From Candidatus Bathyarchaeota archaeon (GTDB taxonomy: Archaea > Thermoproteota > Bathyarchaeia > 40CM-2-53-6): 64,000 nucleotides of DNA. The notes under the pieces were generated by a model. It saw nothing but the letters and a program-made list of their open reading frames with translations. It had not been told where the DNA came from and did not search any database. The DNA lies in the NCBI GenBank assembly GCA_963733055.1, contig CAVTBR010000001.1, positions 1,024,001 to 1,088,000 of the forward strand. Direction: 5' to 3'. Below, in pieces: positions 58,059 to 64,000 of this stretch (its first letter is position 1; every line of letters begins with the position of its first letter). Made by a program: the position numbers and the translations under genes.

Positions 58059-58583
58059 TTATGCCTTAACGTTAGGCTGGTACGCGAATAGTGTTTCGCT
58101 TCTCCAGATGCCATCAGTATGGCCTAGTTGTTCGACGGTTGATTTCATTAGTTGCTCATAATTCTGAGCCTTGTAACTCATGATGATGTCGAACTGACCT
58201 GGAATACTCCACGCGTCGTGTATGGCTGGTAGACTCTTCAGTTTCTGTAATACTTCGGTTAATGGTTTGTTGACTGATAGTAAACTGAATCCCCAAACGC
58301 CTTGCGCGTCAAGTTTCTGACCGTTAACGAATCCGTCATTCGGAGTGAAGGTATTAGTTGCGTTGACTCCGTGGATGCTCCGTATCTTGTTGACCATGTT
58401 AGTTAGTTGCTGTGGGTCACTGTTCTTTATTCGCATAATGATATCGTATCTACCGGTCACTGGTGCGCTGAACTCTATCTCGCTGTACTTGCGTAGTTCC
58501 TCAACCACTTGTGGGACACGGTCACGCTGGACCTTGGCGAACACGTAAGTCGGGAACATTTTGTTTGCTTGCATTAATTTCAC
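58059..58583 (-). CDS. Tandem Lrp/AsnC ligand-binding (RAM) domain protein without HTH
   Basis: VTGRYDII and IPGQFDII repeats. Confidence 0.82.
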   Translation of the reverse strand: MKLMQANKMFPTYVFAKVQRDRVPQVVEELRKYSEIEFSAPVTGRYDIIMRIKNSDPQQLTNMVNKIRSIHGVNATNTFTPNDGFVNGQKLDAQGVWGFSLLSVNKPLTEVLQKLKSLPAIHDAWSIPGQFDIIMSYKAQNYEQLMKSTVEQLGHTDGIWRSETLFAYQPNVKA

Positions 58584-58688
58584 CTACTAACTCCAAGTAT
58601 TGCTAGTACCAGTTATACACGTATCACACTTATAACACTTGTTACCAAAAGATATATTTGTAACATTGGCCTAACTCACGCTTTAGTC

Positions 58689-59366
58689 ATGAAAACCGCC
58701 AAACCCACAATATCCGAAACCGTGATCGACCTCATAAGTCGAAACCATCCGGTTAACGAGCACCTCCGGATGGGGCTGATCAACTACCATGCATTAGCTG
58801 AAAGAATCAAGCCTACGGTGGATCGAATTACTGGTAGAGATGTGAATGTTGGTACTATGGTTGTGGTTATCAAGAGGTTTTCCGATTCGCAGTCGAAGCT
58901 TGGGCTACCTCCTACAATGTCAGTTCTTAGAAATTCGAAGATGACGCTAAGTAGTGGAGTGGTCGACGTAACTATCACCCCCAAAAGAGAAGCTTTCATC
59001 AACGAATTGAAGAGGTTAGTAGAACTATCTGCTGAGCTTCACGAACGCCCTCACATCTTTCCGCTTGTAAACTCGATCAAGATAATAGCCGACGAAAATG
59101 ATTATGGAAAACTGAGAACGGCACTGAAGAGTCGATATCCACTAAAACCTCGTCTGAAGGTGGCGAAGATTTCACTACACCTATCCGAGGAAGCGGAGAG
59201 GTCGCCTGGGATCGCAGCGTACATCACTGACTTGCTCTACCGCAATGGAATAAACATCGTAGATGCATTTCTAGGATACGAAGATATTATTCTGATACTC
59301 GATGAGTCTGATGGACCACGAGCATTCGCAGTATTGGAAGACGCAACCGGCGAGGTACGCAAATAA
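58689..59366 (+). CDS. ACT-domain-containing protein with N-terminal helical domain
   Basis: GLINYHALAERI; SPGIAAYITDLLYRNGINI. Confidence 0.8.
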   Translation: MKTAKPTISETVIDLISRNHPVNEHLRMGLINYHALAERIKPTVDRITGRDVNVGTMVVVIKRFSDSQSKLGLPPTMSVLRNSKMTLSSGVVDVTITPKREAFINELKRLVELSAELHERPHIFPLVNSIKIIADENDYGKLRTALKSRYPLKPRLKVAKISLHLSEEAERSPGIAAYITDLLYRNGINIVDAFLGYEDIILILDESDGPRAFAVLEDATGEVRK

Positions 59367-59397
59367 GCTAATGGGCGTACGTAGCGGTATCAATCCA

Positions 59398-61185
59398 TTA
59401 ATGATGAGTCGCTGAGCCCGAATTTCCGAGTCTATCTCTCAATTTCGAGAGCTCCCTCCACAACGTACCGGGAAATTGTTCTCCGAGGGTTTTGAAGAAC
59501 AATTCAGAGGATTCGATTTCATTCATCCACGCAGTCCTATTGACTTGAAGCAACTCATCGATCGTGTTGCGCGGCAGGCTCATTTCAGCCACGTTGAGTG
59601 AGTCCGGCGTGGGAACGTAACCTATCGGCGTTTCAATCGCATCAGCCCTATCTCTACACCTGTCAAGAATCCACTTTAGAACCACGAGGTTGTGACCGTA
59701 ACCCGGCCAGAGGAATCTCCCATCCTTTCCCATTCTGAAGGCGTTTATCTGGAATATTCTCGGGAGGTTTTTGCTTCTGCTTCGAAACGAGAGCCAGTGT
59801 CGGAAGTAATCTGCAATGTGGTATCCGCAGAATGGTTTCATCGCCATGGGGTCGTACCTTAGAACTCCAACTTCTCCTGCAGCAGCAGCTGTGGTTTCAA
59901 CTTTAAGCATGGCGCCCATCAGGACTCCGTGTTCCCAGCTGAAAGATTCGTAAACTAGCGGAACGAGATCGGACCTTCTTCCTCCGAAGATTATGGCCGT
60001 GATTGGTACGCCATTCGGATTCGTGTACTCCGGGGATAAGGATTGGTATTGATTGACTGGAGTTGTGAACCTTGAGTTTGGATGGGCGGCGGGTCCCCTG
60101 CCTGCCGTCCATACTCTTCCTTGCCAATCCCAAAGTTTCCTGGGATGCTCGCCAATTCCTTCCCACCAGGGAGTTCTGTCCATCGCCAAGGCGACGTTCG
60201 TGAATATTGTGTTCTTCCTGACAGTTTCCATTATTTTGGGGTTCGTCTTGACGTTGGTGTTAGGCGCCACCGCGAAGAATCCACTCTCGGGGTTGATTGC
60301 TCTGAACCTGCCTTCTGAGTCTAGGTGAATCCAAGCTATGTCGTCACTTACCGCCCAGACTTTCCAGTCTTTCATGTATTCCGGTGGCTTGAGCATGGCG
60401 AGGTTGGTTTTGCCGCTGGCGCTGGGGAATGCCCCCGTCAGGTAAGTCACCGTGCCCTCTGGGTCTTCGACTCCTATCACCAGCATGTGTTCAGCCAGCC
60501 ACCCTTCATCCCTCGCCATCACGCTCGCGAGCCTCAAGGCGTGGCATTTCTTGCTGAGAAGCGCGTTTCCTCCGTAGTTCGAGTTCAAACTCATTATGAG
60601 TTTCTTATCCGGGAAATGACAAATGTACCTGCGATGCGGATCCAACTGGCCGGTCGAATGTATTCCCTTCACAAATTCGCCGTCATTCATGTGCGCTATC
60701 GCAACCTTGCCGACTCTTGTCATAATTTCCATATTCACTGTGACATAGGGGCTATCAGTGAGCTCAACGCCGACCTGAGAATAAGGCGAACCCGTCGGCC
60801 CCAGCAGGTATGGGATGACATACATCGTCCGCCCTATCATGCAACCATCAAAAAGCCTTTGTAACTTGGCTTCTCCTGCATCAGAGGGCATCCAATTATT
60901 CGTTGGGCCCACATCATCACTCTTCTTTGTGCAGATGAAGGTCGCTTCTTCAGTTCTAGCAACGTCATTCGGGTTGCTCCTGTACAAATAGCAGTCTGGA
61001 TATTTTTCCTGGTTAAGCTCAATCAGCGTTCCATCCGCGGTCATCATTTTGATAAGAGAATGAAATTCTTCATCGGATCCATTACACCAGACTACGCCAT
61101 CAGGTTTAGTTATTTTAGCAACGGCAGCTACCCACTCGCGTAAGGGCTGCTCAATCCTATAGTCCGGTGGGTTGCGCGTCATCAT
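59398..61185 (-). CDS. pckG: Phosphoenolpyruvate carboxykinase (GTP)
   Basis: DVARTE, YGGNALLSKKC, AFPSASGKTNLAM, DDIAW, AHPNSRF, DPMAMKPF. Confidence 0.95.
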   Translation of the reverse strand: MMTRNPPDYRIEQPLREWVAAVAKITKPDGVVWCNGSDEEFHSLIKMMTADGTLIELNQEKYPDCYLYRSNPNDVARTEEATFICTKKSDDVGPTNNWMPSDAGEAKLQRLFDGCMIGRTMYVIPYLLGPTGSPYSQVGVELTDSPYVTVNMEIMTRVGKVAIAHMNDGEFVKGIHSTGQLDPHRRYICHFPDKKLIMSLNSNYGGNALLSKKCHALRLASVMARDEGWLAEHMLVIGVEDPEGTVTYLTGAFPSASGKTNLAMLKPPEYMKDWKVWAVSDDIAWIHLDSEGRFRAINPESGFFAVAPNTNVKTNPKIMETVRKNTIFTNVALAMDRTPWWEGIGEHPRKLWDWQGRVWTAGRGPAAHPNSRFTTPVNQYQSLSPEYTNPNGVPITAIIFGGRRSDLVPLVYESFSWEHGVLMGAMLKVETTAAAAGEVGVLRYDPMAMKPFCGYHIADYFRHWLSFRSRSKNLPRIFQINAFRMGKDGRFLWPGYGHNLVVLKWILDRCRDRADAIETPIGYVPTPDSLNVAEMSLPRNTIDELLQVNRTAWMNEIESSELFFKTLGEQFPGTLWRELSKLRDRLGNSGSATHH

Positions 61186-61343
61186 GATCTCCTAAATTGA
61201 CCAGTCCTATCTTAAAGCTGAACGTAAGCGTTAGCATCACTTACTCTCAGCAAAACCTAATGCTCTTCCATCCTGTCTCTCGCGAACTCTTATTAACCAT
61301 AAACCAAACCCCTGAATCCAGATCAAGATTGGACACAGGAAAG

Positions 61344-61496
61344 ATGAGAGGAGAACTCACAGGACTTTTGCAAGATATCGACAAACTCTTCGACCTGGTT
61401 GAACGAAGCCTGGGAGAATTCGACAAGAGCCAAGACTTCAAGCAAATCAAGGACAGTGCCAAACAACACATCAAAGAAATCATGAAAGCGGTCTGA
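61344..61496 (+). CDS. Small helical hypothetical protein
   Basis: MRGELTGLLQDIDKLFDLVE...; amphipathic. Confidence 0.45.
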   Translation: MRGELTGLLQDIDKLFDLVERSLGEFDKSQDFKQIKDSAKQHIKEIMKAV

Positions 61497-61587
61497 ATCC
61501 CTGAGCATATGCCTCCTAATCAGCCCCCAAAAAGGAAACTCATCGACGCAGCTAGAATCATTAATGGCCGAGGCATAATTCCTTCTC

Positions 61588-62037
61588 ATGCGCGCTAAGA
61601 TGAAGTCAGAAGAACTTCGTCAATACTTGGAACAGCCGTTGCTTGCGAGACTAGCTACGAGCGACTCGGGTTGGCCCCATGTCGTTCCGGTCTGGTTTGA
61701 ATTTGATGGAGAGAATTTCTGGATTCCAGCTCAGGCAAAGACAGTGAAAGTCGGGCACGTTAGGAGAGATAACCGCGTCGGCTTGATAATTGATACTTAC
61801 AAGGAACCTATCAGCAAATTCAACGTAAAACAGGTCATGGTCAAGGGAGAAGCAGAACTAATCAAAGATCACGATTTGGAAACTAATCCATCCAAATCAA
61901 GAACAATCAGCATCTACCGCCGGTATCTGGGGAAAGAATCAGAGAATACTGAGCTTGTGTCAAAGCTTTTGACCATTGAACGATATCTAATCAAAATAAA
62001 ACCTGTGCGTATCGTCGCAATAAGCGAAGAATGGTAA
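61588..62037 (+). CDS. Pyridoxamine 5'-phosphate oxidase-like (PPOX) flavin/F420-binding protein
   Basis: ARLAT..GWPHVVPVWF, K..HVRRDNRV. Confidence 0.85.
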   Translation: MRAKMKSEELRQYLEQPLLARLATSDSGWPHVVPVWFEFDGENFWIPAQAKTVKVGHVRRDNRVGLIIDTYKEPISKFNVKQVMVKGEAELIKDHDLETNPSKSRTISIYRRYLGKESENTELVSKLLTIERYLIKIKPVRIVAISEEW

Positions 62038-62111
62038 CAAAAGTAGCGCCATATCCTTCACTGGCGCGACGCGCCTGACAGGTGCGGAGGCGCAACATGT
62101 TTTAGCCATGT

Positions 62112-63476
62112 ATGAAAATACACGTTGTGTTGGAGAGACTTTTGGAAGAAAAACTGAGTATTGAAGACATCAGGCGCTTCTCGCGATCGTTCGACAAGAA
62201 CCCGAGCAACAAACTTGCCTTGAATGCTGTTACGGAGAATGGTATAGCCGCAGTTGCATTGAGTAGAGAGGCGGTGGACAGGGAAAACTTCACCTTTAGC
62301 AATCTCATCGAATCCCCAGACGCAGCCAACCAAGAAAGATCGGGAAGATGCTGGTTATTCTCGGGACTAAGTATTCTGTCCCTTGAAGCCATGAAAAAAC
62401 TAAACCTGAAGACATTTGAGCTATCTGAAATATACCAAATGTTTTGGGACAAACTAGAGAAAGCCAACTACTTCTTAGAAACGATTATTGAAACAAAGGA
62501 AGAGCCCTTGGATGGGAGGCTAGTTAATTCGCTACTTTCCGATCCAACATCGGACGGTGGCGAGTGGAATATGTTTGTGAATCTCATAAAGAAGTACGGC
62601 GTTATACCGAAAACGTTCATGCCGGAAACATCGAACAGCAACAATTCCGACCCCATGAATGCTCTACTCGCCTCTAAACTAAGAGAATACGCCAAGGCGC
62701 TGCGAGACATGAACGGAAACGGAAGCTCAGAGTCTGAAATTAGGGAGAAGAAGGGCGAGTTCATGGAAGAATTCTACAGGATGCTATGCATCAACCTCGG
62801 AGTCCCCCAAGAGACATTCAACTGGGAGTGGCGTGACAAAGATGGCTTTTTCCACAGGAGGGGAAACATCACTCCAGTTCAGTTCTACAATGAGTACATC
62901 GGAGTAGCCCTTGATGATTTCGTGACCCTGATCAACGCTCCCAACAAACCATTCAACAAAACATACACGGTCCAATACCTCGGCAACGTGGTCGGCGGAC
63001 AAGATGCCTGCTATCTAAACGTCAACTTGGAGACCCTGAAAAAAGCAACGATAGACATGATCAAAGGAAATCGTGCGGTATGGTTTGGCTGCGACGTGGC
63101 CAAGATGCTTCAGACGGACATGGGGGCGATGGATCTGAGCATATACGATTACGAATCCGTCTACGGCACGAAATTCCAACTCGACAAAGCAGCTAGGTTG
63201 GATTATGAAGATAGTGAAATGACCCACGCCATGGTGATTACGGGGGTTGACCTCGATGAGCAGGGCAAACCGAGGAAATGGCGAGTTGAAAACAGTTGGG
63301 GAGCAGCGATCGGAGATCAAGGGTTCATGTACATGATGGATGAGTGGTTCGATCAATACCTCTACGAGGTCGTTGTCCGAAAGGAGTACCTTTCCCCCGA
63401 ATTGTTGAAGGTCCTCGATTCTAAGCCTGAAGTTTTGTCTTTCTGGGACCCCTTGTGTTCATTGGCAAGAAGCTAA
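62112..63476 (+). CDS. pepC: Aminopeptidase C / bleomycin hydrolase (C1B)
   Basis: NQERSGRCWLF, FWDKLEKAN, MTHAMVITG, WRVENSWG. Confidence 0.93.
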   Translation: MKIHVVLERLLEEKLSIEDIRRFSRSFDKNPSNKLALNAVTENGIAAVALSREAVDRENFTFSNLIESPDAANQERSGRCWLFSGLSILSLEAMKKLNLKTFELSEIYQMFWDKLEKANYFLETIIETKEEPLDGRLVNSLLSDPTSDGGEWNMFVNLIKKYGVIPKTFMPETSNSNNSDPMNALLASKLREYAKALRDMNGNGSSESEIREKKGEFMEEFYRMLCINLGVPQETFNWEWRDKDGFFHRRGNITPVQFYNEYIGVALDDFVTLINAPNKPFNKTYTVQYLGNVVGGQDACYLNVNLETLKKATIDMIKGNRAVWFGCDVAKMLQTDMGAMDLSIYDYESVYGTKFQLDKAARLDYEDSEMTHAMVITGVDLDEQGKPRKWRVENSWGAAIGDQGFMYMMDEWFDQYLYEVVVRKEYLSPELLKVLDSKPEVLSFWDPLCSLARS

Positions 63477-63609
63477 GCTAGACTAACCACTAGCGAATTG
63501 CTTCTCCGAGACGGAGGAGTTGACGGCATGAGGATTCTTGGATACCAACGTAGCTCGTACAAAAGAAACTTAAGCACCCAGCGCCAGCACTCATCCGAAC
63601 GTGTTGAAT

Positions 63610-64000
63610 TTGCCAGGTGGAAAATACACGAAGACTCACACCATAAAAGTTTCAAAGACAATCAGAGCCCCACTTCATTTTGTCTATGATTGGTGTACGG
63701 ACTATAGAGAAAGCGATCCAAAGATCACCGGTTCAAAGTCCAAACGAAGGATCCTACTCAAGAACAGGCATCGAGCGGTTTACGTTGTGGATTACAAGAG
63801 TCGAGGCAAGCCCAAAAGCGCAGTGGACGTTGTCACCCTCTGCCCTCCTAAGGCGTGGCACTTAGACTTTACCGGTGATGAAGACGACGAGGTGGGCGAT
63901 TATGTCCTCACTTCACTCGGACAACGCAAGACCAGGCTTGACATGAAATTCCAGGAGCATTACAAGATAAACAAGGCCCCTACACAAGCACAAGACGTGA
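63610..64000 (+). CDS. Hypothetical protein, possibly SRPBCC-like, 3'-truncated (frame not in ORF track)
   Basis: Open frame MPGGKYTKTHTIKVSKTIRAPLHFVYDWCTDY... runs off the window. Confidence 0.6.
   Translation, partial: MPGGKYTKTHTIKVSKTIRAPLHFVYDWCTDYRESDPKITGSKSKRRILLKNRHRAVYVVDYKSRGKPKSAVDVVTLCPPKAWHLDFTGDEDDEVGDYVLTSLGQRKTRLDMKFQEHYKINKAPTQAQDV

Noticed and set aside
99-63865. Numerous antisense and nested ORFs in the six-frame track (e.g. 19220..19723, 44772..45197, 60325..60864, 63680..63865)
   Set aside because: They overlap well-supported genes in other frames and lack recognisable motifs
1-64000. CRISPR arrays, tRNA/rRNA, RNase P or SRP RNA, transposases, integrases
   Set aside because: No regularly spaced repeats or diagnostic motifs seen by eye; short or intron-containing tRNAs could have been missed

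Overview
Gene-dense archaeal chromosomal window. It carries a thermosome, Hef helicase-nuclease, a UPF0147/UPF0148 pair, GGPP synthase, a DRG GTPase, GTP-dependent PEPCK and PEF-CTERM surface proteins. The overall look suggests a TACK lineage such as Bathyarchaeia, but that is inference. I could not support any rRNA, tRNA, CRISPR array or transposase. Main blocks: (1) a copper/heme locus at 1-4.9 kb with two paralogous Cys-insert cupredoxins, a Vgb-type propeller and heme O synthase; (2) a divergent GT4 / TPP-like HAD pair; (3) a 13-kb block of three ABC-2 exporters around PadR, an S-layer-domain protein and a 1253-aa surface protein; (4) mntH-mntR; (5) a thermosome gene surrounded by microproteins and candidate structured RNAs. 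Most notable observations: an uncharacterised membrane domain occurs standalone in the cupredoxin locus and again fused to a sulfocyanin 40 kb away; all eight frameshifts I found can be repaired by a single-base change at a CGCG site, which points to CGCG methylation disturbing long-read base calling; there is a giant-virus-type DUF5771-like gene; a helicase appears to start at CTG with a Zn-ribbon extension; and several small ORFs are missing from the ORF track. All family assignments come from motif recognition by eye, not database searches.
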